Shown piece by piece: positions 21,439 to 31,130 of a DNA stretch of 64,000 bases (the first letter of the stretch is position 1; every line of letters starts with the position of its first letter). The stretch is taken from the NCBI GenBank assembly GCA_963668695.2, contig CAXXLQ010000004.1:1792001-1856000 (forward strand). The letters are read 5' to 3'. The stretch comes from Vicinamibacteria bacterium. Its GTDB lineage: Bacteria > Acidobacteriota > Vicinamibacteria > Marinacidobacterales > Marinacidobacteraceae. The notes under the pieces were generated by a model. That model saw only the letters and a program-made list of their open reading frames with translations, did no database searches and had not been told where the DNA came from. The translations under genes and the position numbers were made by a program.

Positions 21439-22801
21439 ATGAAGATCCAGTCGCTTTGCCTGACCTTCGGGTTCGCCGCGGCTCTAGCCGTCTCGGCGTG
21501 CGAGGACGGCGACCGCGCGGCCGTCGCAGAGATGGGGGGAGCGAACGGCGGCGTCGCTAACAGCCGGTGGCAAAACCCACGCGGCGTTCGACCGGCGATG
21601 CATCCCGGCTGAACCACTCCGCTTCGCTCCGTTCTGCGTTGCGTTTCGGTCGAAATACACTCGGTATTCCTCCCTCACGCGCCTTGTCAGCCGGGCGCCT
21701 CGCCCCCACCGGGAGAACTGGCCGGTCTCGGCGCTCACGCGGGTTTCACCACAGGCTGTTAAGGGAGGAGACGACCGCACCGGGCCCTACGATCCGGTGC
21801 CCGGCTGGTGGAAGGTCGCACCTGACCACGACAACGAGTGGGGCTGGGGGCAGGTGGCCGGCGTGGCGGTGGACCACGCGGACCGCATCATCGTCGTCAC
21901 GCGCGGCGACTGGCCCGCGGATGGCTCGGTCCCGCGCGAGGGGCGGTTGCGGCGCACGAACTTCGTTGTCGTCGCGAACGCGAACGGCGAGATCGTCGAA
22001 CAGTGGGCGCAGTGGGACTCGATCTTCACGCTCCCGCACCAGGTGTACATCAGTCCCTACGACCCCGACCGGCACGTGTGGGTGATCGACAGCGGCGGCG
22101 GCGAGGGGCACATGCAGGTCGTCAAGTTCACGAACGACGGCAGCGAGATTGTCATGCGCCTCGGAGAGCGCGACCACCCGAAGACCCGCGAAGCGGCGCG
22201 TGCACGATCCGACTGGGGACCACACACTTACGGCTGGCCATCGAAGCTGGCGTTCCTTCCTGACGGGAGCTTCCTGCTGGCGGACGGGTATTGGAACTCT
22301 CGCATCATCAAGTATTCCGAGGACGGAGAGTTCATCATGCAGTGGGGCGCGCTCGGTACCGGGCCCGGCGAGTTCGATCTCCTGCACGGACTCGCCGTGG
22401 ACGAGGATCGGGTGTACGTCGCCGACCGCCAGAACGAGCGGCTTCAGTTGTTCACGCACGACGGGGAGTTCATCGAGGAATGGCCCGACATCTTCGACCC
22501 CGTGAACATCTGGCTCGATGAGAACGGCGCCGTGTGGGTCCTGGACGCGACGCTGAACCGCGTGCTGAAGTACAACCGGGAGGGCGTCTTGCAGGACTAC
22601 TGGGGCGCATACGGAGCGGCCGGCGCCCTCGGCCGCGGCGTGTGGCCGGGAGGCCTGTCGCTCCCGCACCAGTTGGATATGGACAAGGATGGCAACGTTT
22701 ATATTGCGTCCTACAGTGGCGGCTGGATCAACAAGTTCACCCCAAAGCCGGGCGCGGACCCGGACAGACTTCTGGGTCCCCGGCTGCTCCTGGCGAACTG
22801 A
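21439..22801 (+). pseudogene. NHL-repeat beta-propeller lipoprotein interrupted by a MITE
   Basis: Signal MKIQSLC..AVSAC; removing 202 bp rejoins ..GVAK-GGDDRTGPYD; DGYWNSRIIK, GEFDLLHGLAVD, VADRQNER. Confidence 0.8.
21561..21758. mobile_element. MITE-like family A copy 5
   Basis: CTAA|CAGCCGGTGG..CCACAGGCTG|TTAA. Confidence 0.88.
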
Positions 22802-22824
22802 GGATTGAGGAAAGTCCTGCAGCG

Positions 22825-23525
22825 ATGATGCCCGCGCGTCCGCGCGACGCGCCGTAGCCCTCCTCGCCCTGTTGGTGGTCGCATGCGGCGAAAGCCCCGT
22901 GGAGTCAGACCCGTGGAGCCGGAACCGCCGGATCCTGTCGAGCCGCCCGAACTCCCGGCTCCGCCTCTCCCAACCGTGACGGCACAGATCGTCCCCTGCG
23001 AGGGAGGTTAGGCCGATGGGTTCCCCTGCGACCCGGTCGACCTCGTCGGCAAGCTTTCCAGGCAGAAGTTGCGGCCGGGGAAGGATGTCGCCTCCCTGAA
23101 CGACGTCTGGGGGTGGACGGACCCGCAGACCGGTGTGGAATACGCCCTCGTCGGTCGCCACGACGGACTCTCCATCGTCGATCTCTCGACTCCCGTGGAA
23201 CCGCGGCCCATCGCGTTCCTGCCGTCCGCGATCTCGCACACCATTTGGCGGGACATGAAGGTGGTTGCGGATCACGTGTACGTCGTCTCGGAAAGCACCG
23301 GGCACGGGATGCAGGTGCTCGACCTCACGCGCCTTCGCGGGTTGACGGAGTTCACAGAGTTGAACGCGGATGCGCGCTACCAGGAGGTGAGCGCCGTTCA
23401 CAACCTCGCGATCAACGAGGAGACGGGCTTCGCGTACGCCGTCGGCAGCAACTCCGGCGGCGAGACCTGCTCGGGCGGCCTCCACCTGATCGATCTCTCG
23501 GACCCGAAGAATCCGGTCTCGGCAC
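22825..23525 (+). pseudogene. Choice-of-anchor B / LVIVD-type protein, decayed and truncated
   Basis: PCEGG*ADGFPC..NDVWGWTDP..WRDMKV..HGMQV..GGLH; internal TAG; ends at a REP cluster. Confidence 0.75.
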
Positions 23526-23539
23526 GCCCTGGAACCAAG

Positions 23540-23705
23540 AAACGCCGACCTCCGGCCAGTTCTCCCGGTGGGAGCCGGCATCGCAGCCCGAGAGGGCTGC
23601 GAAACCGCGTAATGCGGAACCGCGAAGAAGCGCGGGGACGGCTTGGAACGCCGACCTCCGGCCAGTTCTCCCGGTGGGGGCCGGCACCGCTACGCGAAGC
23701 GCAGC
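23540..23705. repeat. REP-like family B cluster with two 21-bp inserts
   Basis: AACGCCGACCTCCG[21-mer]CGGCA twice. Confidence 0.8.
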
Positions 23706-23736
23706 GAGACCGCGTCCTGCTGATCTGTGGGATGGC

Positions 23737-24117
23737 TCAGACCCGGAACCCGAGTTCCGCGGCCACGGCGCGTTGTCTCTCATCCAGAGTCACGAATGCC
23801 ATCTCGCGCGGATCCGGAACAGCCGAGAGGGCGGTGGCTACATGCCACAAGTCGGCGCCCTTCAGATAGCCGACTTCCAAGACCGTGTCCATCTCAGCCC
23901 CGAGCGGCCGATCCGGAAAGATCCAATCGATTTGTTCCACATAGGAAGGCGAGTAGGCCGCATCTTCCCGTGCCAATGCGGCGCGCAGTTCCGCTTCCAG
24001 GAGATTTGACGACAGAACCCGCCTGAAGGCCCCAAGGCGCCGGGCCATCTCTTCGGCTGCGTTCTCTCCGAAAACGATGGCGGCCAGCGCAGACGTGTCC
24101 ACGTACGCCGTTCTCAT
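23737..24117 (-). CDS. vapC: PIN-domain (VapC) toxin
   Basis: YVDTSAL N-terminus; ADLWHVATA; FVTLD. Confidence 0.88.
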   Translation of the reverse strand: MRTAYVDTSALAAIVFGENAAEEMARRLGAFRRVLSSNLLEAELRAALAREDAAYSPSYVEQIDWIFPDRPLGAEMDTVLEVGYLKGADLWHVATALSAVPDPREMAFVTLDERQRAVAAELGFRV

Positions 24118-24389
24118 TCGCGTTCGTCAAGAAAGCGCTGGAGCGCGCCCGGTCTGCGGACCACGGGCCCAGGTCGGAAAGGACCCGGCTTGGCGGCGGG
24201 CACGATAACCCCCCGCCGCTCCAATTCATCGAGGTGCTCTTCGAGCGTCTTCTTTTTCCCCTCGATGGGGCGGATCTCGGCTACCGGTTTCCCGTGGTAG
24301 GAGATATGCACGGTGCGTCCCTCGCGGACCAGTCGGATGACTTCCGAGAAGCGGGCCTTGGCCTCGTAGGTCGAAAAGGTCAAGTTCAT
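24114..24389 (-). CDS. Phd/YefM antitoxin
   Basis: STYEAKARFSEVIR..HGKPVAEIRP. Confidence 0.9.
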   Translation of the reverse strand: MNLTFSTYEAKARFSEVIRLVREGRTVHISYHGKPVAEIRPIEGKKKTLEEHLDELERRGVIVPAAKPGPFRPGPVVRRPGALQRFLDERE

Positions 24390-24400
24390 ATGTCTGATCC

Positions 24401-24419
24401 AGACTAGTCACACTAGTCT
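24401..24419. promoter_or_regulatory. Putative TA operator palindrome
   Basis: AGACTAGT-CAC-ACTAGTCT, 11 bp upstream of the antitoxin start. Confidence 0.65.
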
Positions 24420-24527
24420 AACACCGTCGACATAGCGGCGTTGCAACTGTCGCTGCCCCCGGGCTGCGTTGCCGGCAGCGCCAACGTTGAGTAGCAGCGC
24501 CGAACGTTGAGCAGCCGCGCCGACGCT

Positions 24528-25034
24528 TCAGCCCGCCGCCCCGCCCGCCGCCAGACTCTCGAGCCACGCCTCCGGGATCCGCACCGCGACCACCTCCCCC
24601 TCGGCGGTGACCACCCCGTTCGCCTCCAGACGAACCCGCACCCGCACCTTCCGGTCGGTGATCTCGGTCGCCCGCGCGCGCAGCACCAGCTCCACCCCGA
24701 GCGGCGTCGGCTTCCGGTAGTCCACGTGCAGCGAACCCGTCACGAAGCGCAGCGGTGGGTCGCTGTCCATCGGCCGTCCGGCGGCCCGGTAGGCCTCCCA
24801 CGCCGCGGTCCCGGTCCCGTGGCAGTCGATCAGCGACGCGATCAGCCCGCCGTACACCGCCCCCGGCACCGCCGTGTGGAAGGGCTCCGGCGTGAAGTGG
24901 CAGACCGCCTCGTCCCCATCCGCGAAGCTCCGGATCCGGTAGCCATCCGGATTGCGGGCTCCGCACCCGTAGCAGTGCTTGGTGGATTCCGGGTAGTAGT
25001 CCTGAAAGGCCCGCGGCTCGTCCGCCGCGCTCAT
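24528..25034 (-). CDS. PaaI-family hot-dog thioesterase
   Basis: CYGCG..YGGLIASLIDCHG..FVTGSLHVDYRKPTP. Confidence 0.88.
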   Translation of the reverse strand: MSAADEPRAFQDYYPESTKHCYGCGARNPDGYRIRSFADGDEAVCHFTPEPFHTAVPGAVYGGLIASLIDCHGTGTAAWEAYRAAGRPMDSDPPLRFVTGSLHVDYRKPTPLGVELVLRARATEITDRKVRVRVRLEANGVVTAEGEVVAVRIPEAWLESLAAGGAAG

Positions 25035-25387
25035 GTCTGGCGCACGAGGGCGACAAAGAGGCACCCCCAGGCCGCGATGAGGCACAACCCACCCAGCGGT
25101 GTCACCGGACCCAACCAGGACGGGCCGCCGAGCGCCAGCCAGTAGAGGCTTCCGGAAAACAGCACGATGCCGGCGGTCATCAGGGCCCCGGCCAGCCAGC
25201 CGGGAGAGCCGCCCACCAGCGCCCCGACCGCGAGCAGCCCCAGCCCGTGGATCAGGTGATAACGGACCGCGGTTTCGAAGGTCTGGAGCGAGCGGGCGTC
25301 AAGCTGGGACGAGAGCGCGTGCGCGCCGAAGGCGCCGGCGACCACCCCGAGCAGCATCGCGGCGGCGCCGACCGCAAGCCAGGGCAT
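25031..25387 (-). CDS. DUF423 membrane protein
   Basis: GAFGAHAL, YHLIHGL, FSGSLY, PVTPLGG. Confidence 0.9.
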   Translation of the reverse strand: MPWLAVGAAAMLLGVVAGAFGAHALSSQLDARSLQTFETAVRYHLIHGLGLLAVGALVGGSPGWLAGALMTAGIVLFSGSLYWLALGGPSWLGPVTPLGGLCLIAAWGCLFVALVRQT

Positions 25388-25399
25388 CTGGATCCGGGG

Positions 25400-26440
25400 T
25401 CAGCGGGCCGTCTGGCCCATCCGCAGCGGCTTCTGCGGCGTCATCGGCTCGTCCGCATAGAGCGCCGCGACCTGGTCCCCGTAGCCGTTGAAGAGCGGGG
25501 TCGGGAAGGGATCCCGGTTGTCCAGCCAGTAGGACTCGGCCTGGCTCCAGCGCGGGTGCGGGATGTTCGGGTTGATGTTCGACAAGAACCCGTACTCGTG
25601 CTTCTGCATCTCCCAGAAGAAGCGAGGCCGCTTCGAAGTCAGCTCGATCTTCACCACCGCCTTCGGTCCCTTGTAGCCGTACTTCCAGGGGAACGCCATC
25701 CGGATCGGCGCGCCGTGCTGGCGGACCAGCGGATCGCCATAGACGCCGGTGACCACGAACGCCACCGGGTTCATGGCCTCGTTCATCCGGAGTCCCTCGT
25801 GGTAAGGCCAGGGGTACCAGTTGCTTGACGCGAGACCGGGCATCTGCTCGGGCCGGTTGAGGCAGGTGAAGGAAACGAAGCCGGCATTGCTCGTCGGCTC
25901 CACCGCATTCAGCAGCGCGGACAGCGGGAATCCGGTCCACGGCACGTTCATCGCCCAGCGCTCGACGCAGCGGAAGTGGTAGATGCGCTCCTCGTGCTCG
26001 AATTTCAGGAGGTCGTCGAGATCGAAGGTGCGCGGCTTGTTGCACTCGCCCGTCACCTCGACGGCCCAGGGCAGCGGCTGGTAGTCGCCGGCGAGCTTCC
26101 AGACCGCGCCGCCGCGCCCCGCCAGGAACTCGTAGAAGTTGTTGTGCGAACCCGCGACCTCGCGCGCCGTCAACTCCTTCCGCTCGACCATGCCCGGGAC
26201 CTGGTAGGCCTCGTTCCGCGTCGCGGGGAATACGTCGGGCCGCGAATACGGGATCTCCAGCATCTCCGCGGCGTCGGCGTTCGTTCCGCAGGCGGCGGCA
26301 TACGGACCCACCAGGGCGGCGCTCCCGAGAGCCTTCAGGATGGCCCGGCGGTTGAAGAAGACCTTCGGGTCGGTGATGGCGCCCCCGACCGGGCTTTTTT
26401 CGTAACGGATCCGCTTCGAGGTCTTGACGAGATGGCTCAT
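25400..26440 (-). CDS. msrP: Protein-methionine-sulfoxide reductase catalytic subunit
   Basis: Tat FFNRR; NNFYEF; RCVERWAM; WKYGYKG; HPRWSQA. Confidence 0.93.
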   Translation of the reverse strand: MSHLVKTSKRIRYEKSPVGGAITDPKVFFNRRAILKALGSAALVGPYAAACGTNADAAEMLEIPYSRPDVFPATRNEAYQVPGMVERKELTAREVAGSHNNFYEFLAGRGGAVWKLAGDYQPLPWAVEVTGECNKPRTFDLDDLLKFEHEERIYHFRCVERWAMNVPWTGFPLSALLNAVEPTSNAGFVSFTCLNRPEQMPGLASSNWYPWPYHEGLRMNEAMNPVAFVVTGVYGDPLVRQHGAPIRMAFPWKYGYKGPKAVVKIELTSKRPRFFWEMQKHEYGFLSNINPNIPHPRWSQAESYWLDNRDPFPTPLFNGYGDQVAALYADEPMTPQKPLRMGQTAR

Positions 26441-26589
26441 TGGTACGCTCCCCCAGTTCCCGGCCGCCGGCGCGGAAGTCGGCACTCGAATGGTAGCCCG
26501 ATGCCGGCTGCCGGTGCGGGTCGCTGGGATCACGAAACGCCCCGGTCTCGGCCAGACCTGTTTCTTCGACTTTCACACCGGCAAACACC

Positions 26590-28209
26590 ATGACCTGGAG
26601 CCTCTGGAACGTACGCGGCGCGGACGTGTCGGTGCGCCCGCTGCAGGCCTTGCCGGACAGCGAAGCCGATCCCTGGACCGACCGGGCGCCCCCGGGCCGG
26701 CTCGGGGCGACCGGCGCCCGAAGCGACGACGATCGGCTCGGCTGGGTGGACCTGCCGCTGACGGCCGCCAGGCAACTCCCCGAGTACCTCCGGCTCCGCG
26801 ACGAACTGCTCGCCGAGGGTTTCGAGCGCCTCGTGGTGCTGGCGATGGGTGGGTCCGCGCTCTGCCCCCAGGCGCTCGTTTCCGGGCTTCCCCGGGGGCG
26901 CGGCCTGGACGTGCAGTTCCTCGACACCCTCGCGCCGGAAGCGGTGCGGGAAGCGATCCGGCCCGACCGTCTCGAAAAGACCGTCTTCCTGGTCGCCTCG
27001 AAATCAGGGACGACGATGGAGACCCGAATCCTCGAGTCGGTCATCTCCCGGAAGCTCCAGGTTGCGGGAGTCGCTCCCGGCGGGCAGTTCCTCGCCATCA
27101 GCGACCCGGGGTCGCCGCTCTACCGGTGGGCCGACCTGGCCGACTACCGGGCGCGGTTCCTCGGGAAACCGAATGTGGGGGGACGATTCTCGGCGCTCAG
27201 CGCCTTTGGACTTCTGCCGGCGGCCCTTGCCGGATGCGAGTTGGACGAAGAACTGGCCGCTGTCCGCCGGGAGCGCGAGGCGCTCGACCTGAACGGCGCG
27301 GCGGCCGATCCGGCCATCCGGCTGGGCGCGCTGCTCGCCCGCATCCGGGGGGAGGGGCGGTTGCGCGCGCACCTCTCCGCCTCGTCCGAACGGAAGGGAA
27401 TGCTCCCCTGGCTGGAACAGCTCTTCTCGGAGACCACCGGGAAGGGGGGTACCGGGATCGTGCCGGTGATCCTTCCTCCGTCGGGCGCGAAGAGCCGGGG
27501 GGACGCGACGCTCTGCATCCACCTCGGCGCCGTGGAAGGGGACGACCGGGAGCGGCTCGAAGCCGCTACGCGCGGAGGGGTCCCGGTCATCCACTGCCCG
27601 GCGGGATCCGGACTGCTTCCGGATATCTACCGCTGGCAGGTCGCGATTGCGGTGGCGGCCTTCCGGATGGGGGTGGATCCCTACGACCAGCCGGATGTCG
27701 AGGGAACGAAAGCGGCCACCCGCCGATTGGCGGAGGATCCCGCTTCCGCACCCACTCCGTCCGCCGTATCCGACGCCGACCTCTCGGACTTCCTGGTGCA
27801 ATGCACCGAGGGCAGCCTCGTCATCAATGCTTTCGGTCACCGGAGCCCCAGGGCCTTGGCGATGATCGAGGCGTTGCGGCGGAACTGTGCCGTCCGCCAC
27901 GGATCGCCTCCCGCGGTCGGCTTCGGATCGGCGCTCCTCCACTCGCTTGGCCAGATCGAGAAGGGCGGTCCTCCGGACCTCTCCGTATTGATGCTGACCT
28001 GGAGTGCGCGGGTGGACATTCCCATTCCGCCGGCCCGTGATCTTCCGTCCGCGATCAACGGGTTTGGCACCGGCGCCTTCGCGCGGCTCCAGGCCGCTGC
28101 GGACTACGACGAACTACGGCGGCGCGGCCGCCATGTCCTCTGGCTCGACGGGGCGGTTCCCGGCCCGGCGGGGCTTGCGGAGATGGTGGTGCGACTGATT
28201 TCGTTGTGA
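26590..28209 (+). CDS. pgi: Glucose-6-phosphate isomerase-like SIS protein
   Basis: MGGSAL, VASKSGTTME, VGGRFSALS, ETTGKGG, PYDQPDVE. Confidence 0.75.
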   Translation: MTWSLWNVRGADVSVRPLQALPDSEADPWTDRAPPGRLGATGARSDDDRLGWVDLPLTAARQLPEYLRLRDELLAEGFERLVVLAMGGSALCPQALVSGLPRGRGLDVQFLDTLAPEAVREAIRPDRLEKTVFLVASKSGTTMETRILESVISRKLQVAGVAPGGQFLAISDPGSPLYRWADLADYRARFLGKPNVGGRFSALSAFGLLPAALAGCELDEELAAVRREREALDLNGAAADPAIRLGALLARIRGEGRLRAHLSASSERKGMLPWLEQLFSETTGKGGTGIVPVILPPSGAKSRGDATLCIHLGAVEGDDRERLEAATRGGVPVIHCPAGSGLLPDIYRWQVAIAVAAFRMGVDPYDQPDVEGTKAATRRLAEDPASAPTPSAVSDADLSDFLVQCTEGSLVINAFGHRSPRALAMIEALRRNCAVRHGSPPAVGFGSALLHSLGQIEKGGPPDLSVLMLTWSARVDIPIPPARDLPSAINGFGTGAFARLQAAADYDELRRRGRHVLWLDGAVPGPAGLAEMVVRLISL

Positions 28210-31106
28210 CGCAGACAATGCCCTCCGACTACCGGGCGATCCACCGGGAGAACGAACGCCGCTACGGGACGGGGGTCCGGGACTACGGAGACAAGCTGCT
28301 GCCGCACCGCTACGGCGACCGCACCCACTTCATCTACGAACTCCTGCAGAACGCGGAGGACGCGCTCGCGCGGCGGCAGGCCTGGACCGGTCCTCGCTCC
28401 GTCCAGTTCCACCTCAGCCCGGGGAACGCCGCCAGTTCTCCCGGTGGGGGCCTCCAGACCGGCACCGCGGGCCACCGGCCCGCGAAACGGGCAGCGCCGT
28501 CCGGCAGGATGATGCCGGCTGCAGCCGAGCTGCGGGTCCGCCATTTCGGCCTTCCGTTCGACGAAGCCGACGTGCGGAGCATCTGCGGCATTGGAGAGAG
28601 CACCAAGGATCCGGGGTTCACCGAGATCGGTCGCTTCGGCATTGGCTTCAAGTCGGTGTACGCCTTCACCGACCGGCCCGAAGTGCATTCCGGCGGGGAG
28701 AATTTCGCCATCGAGCACTACGTGCTGCCGGTGGCGGCGCCCGCGCTGGTCCCCCGCGCCGCGGACGAGACTGTTTTCCTGCTCCCGCTCCGGGGACTCG
28801 CCGACGCCGGCGAGATCCGGCAGGCGGTGCGGCGCCTCGCGCCCCGCGCTCTCCTTTTCCTTCGCGAGATCGAGGAGATCGAGTGGCGGGTCGCGGACGG
28901 CGCCTCGGGCCTCTACCTGCGCGAGACGTCCTCGGCGGACGACGGAGTGCGGCGAGTGAAGCTCGTGGGGGAGGCCGAAGGCCACCGGGAGACCGAACAG
29001 ACCTGGCTGGTGTTCGCACGGGCGGTGCCGGGCCCGCCGCGAGGCGTCGAGCGCCACGTGGAAGTGGCCTTCCGCCTCGGCGAGGAAGGCCGTCCGGAGC
29101 CAGTGCCGGAGCGGGATACGCCGCTCTTCGCGTTTTTCCCCACGACCCTCCCGACGGGTCTTCGATTTCGGGTGCAGGGCCCGTTCCGAACCACTCTGGC
29201 GCGGGACAACGTGCCTCTCGGCGACCCGTGGAACGAAGGCCTCGTCGCGGCGACCGCCGAAGTCCTGACGGGTGCGCTTCGCTGGCTGCGCGATCACAAC
29301 CTTCTCGACGCCACGACGCTCCGGTCGCTGCCGCTCGGCCGCGACCGGTTGCTCGACGGCGCGCTGTTCGCGCCCCTCCGTGAGGCGGTCTCGGCGGCGC
29401 TCCGCCGGGAGCCGCTCCTGCCGCGCTTCGACGGCGGCTTCGTGCCGGGGGAGCGCGCCCGTCTGGCAAGCCCCCGGTGGCTCCGCGACCTCTTCGGGCC
29501 GGAACAGTTGGCCGCGCTCTTCAGGGACGCCGGTGGCGCCGAGTGGCTCACCGACGAGGTGTCGGCAGGGCGCACCGACGAGCTGAGCCGCGTTCTCCAG
29601 GATGAGGTGGGGGTGAGGCCCCTCCGGCTCGACGGCGTTCTCCGCCGTCTGGACGCCGATTTCCTGGAGGCGCAGAGCGAAAGCTGGATTCGGGGGCTCT
29701 ACGAAGCCTTCGGCGAGCACGGCGTGCGGGGCGCCCGGGTCGCCGATCTCCCACTGGTCCGGCTACAGGACGGCGTCCACGTCCCGGCCTTCGTGGAAGG
29801 CCGCCCCGCCGCGTTTCTGCCGGGTCCGCCGGGCGGGGCGCCCACCGATCTGCCCCTCGTCCACGACGACGTCCTCGATTCGCCGGAGGCCGGTAAGTAC
29901 CTGCGCGACCTCGGGCTCCAGGCGCTCGATCCGGTGGAACTGGCGCTCCGCCGGGCGCTCTCGAAGTACCGGTCGGGCCCGGCCGTCTCGGACGAAGCCG
30001 ACTACGCCCGGGACATCGGTGAACTGGCCCGGGCGTATCGGGCCGGTTCGCTGCCCGGGCGCCGCCGGCTCGAAAAGGAGCTGCGGCGGCTGCGCTTCGT
30101 GAGGACGGTGGACGCGAGGGGTGGCCGCCGCCGGCTTTCCCGGCCGGGAGACGCCTTCTACGCGACCGGCCCTCAAAAGGACCTCTTCGGAGGCCTGCCG
30201 GCGGTGCGGTTCGTGGACGACGGTTGTCCGGCGCTCGACGAGGAAGGCGCCCGTCATTTGATGTACGCGTGCGGCGCCCGCCCGCTGCTCGAACCTTTCG
30301 AGGAAAGGCCGACGCTCGCGGACGAAGACCGGGAGGAGATCCGCAGCCGGACGCGGCGTGCCGACCCGGAGGGCGGCATCGCCTGCATCGAAGACTGGAA
30401 CCTCCGGGGACTCGACCCGCTGCTCGCGGGGGTCGTCCGAATGTCACCCGACGAACAGGCGCGGCGCCGGGAGATGCTCCGGCGGGAGTTGGAGGAGCTT
30501 TCCGGCATTCACGACCTCGCGGTCCGTTCGGGGAAGTACCAATGCGACGCGCGCGACGGGTCGCAGGTCTCCGTGCAGGTCCCGGCCGCCTGGATGCGCC
30601 GCCTCACGCGCAGCGCCTGGGCTCCCGAGGCGCGGCCGCTGGTCCAGATCGGCCCGTCCGAGCCTGGCCGCCGGGGTCGGGGCCCGGCGCCGGTCGAAGT
30701 GCGTCCCGGCGCCGGCGGCGGAGTGGACCGCCCCGATGAGGAGGAACGAGAGCGTCGCCTCGCGGTGGAGAGTCAGGCGATCGCCCTCATCCTGGAACGG
30801 GAACGCTGGGTCCGCGCCGCGGAGGACAACCCGGGTTTCGACCTCTACCGTGAGGATGCGACCGGGCAGAAGACCCTGCTCTGCGAAGTGAAGGCGCTCA
30901 GCGGCACGCTCGAAGAGCACCCGGCCCGACTCACCCCGAACGAACTCCGCCGCGCGCTCGAATACGGCGAGAACTACTGGCTGTACATCGTGGAGGACCT
31001 GGCCGGCGACAACCCGCGCATCCTGCGCATCCGGAATCCGGCGGGCGCCGCGGCCCGCTTCGCCTTCGGTCCGGAGTGGCGGGATAGGACACAGCCACCG
31101 CCGTAG
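28206..31106 (+). CDS. Sacsin-like GHKL ATPase with C-terminal DUF3883/NOV-C nuclease-like domain
   Basis: YELLQNAEDA, IGRFGIGFKSVY; C-terminal NPGFDL..EVKAL..LTPNE..YWLYIV. Confidence 0.85.
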   Translation: MTQTMPSDYRAIHRENERRYGTGVRDYGDKLLPHRYGDRTHFIYELLQNAEDALARRQAWTGPRSVQFHLSPGNAASSPGGGLQTGTAGHRPAKRAAPSGRMMPAAAELRVRHFGLPFDEADVRSICGIGESTKDPGFTEIGRFGIGFKSVYAFTDRPEVHSGGENFAIEHYVLPVAAPALVPRAADETVFLLPLRGLADAGEIRQAVRRLAPRALLFLREIEEIEWRVADGASGLYLRETSSADDGVRRVKLVGEAEGHRETEQTWLVFARAVPGPPRGVERHVEVAFRLGEEGRPEPVPERDTPLFAFFPTTLPTGLRFRVQGPFRTTLARDNVPLGDPWNEGLVAATAEVLTGALRWLRDHNLLDATTLRSLPLGRDRLLDGALFAPLREAVSAALRREPLLPRFDGGFVPGERARLASPRWLRDLFGPEQLAALFRDAGGAEWLTDEVSAGRTDELSRVLQDEVGVRPLRLDGVLRRLDADFLEAQSESWIRGLYEAFGEHGVRGARVADLPLVRLQDGVHVPAFVEGRPAAFLPGPPGGAPTDLPLVHDDVLDSPEAGKYLRDLGLQALDPVELALRRALSKYRSGPAVSDEADYARDIGELARAYRAGSLPGRRRLEKELRRLRFVRTVDARGGRRRLSRPGDAFYATGPQKDLFGGLPAVRFVDDGCPALDEEGARHLMYACGARPLLEPFEERPTLADEDREEIRSRTRRADPEGGIACIEDWNLRGLDPLLAGVVRMSPDEQARRREMLRRELEELSGIHDLAVRSGKYQCDARDGSQVSVQVPAAWMRRLTRSAWAPEARPLVQIGPSEPGRRGRGPAPVEVRPGAGGGVDRPDEEERERRLAVESQAIALILERERWVRAAEDNPGFDLYREDATGQKTLLCEVKALSGTLEEHPARLTPNELRRALEYGENYWLYIVEDLAGDNPRILRIRNPAGAAARFAFGPEWRDRTQPPP

Positions 31107-31130
31107 CCGCCGGGAGAACAAGGTCCATCA

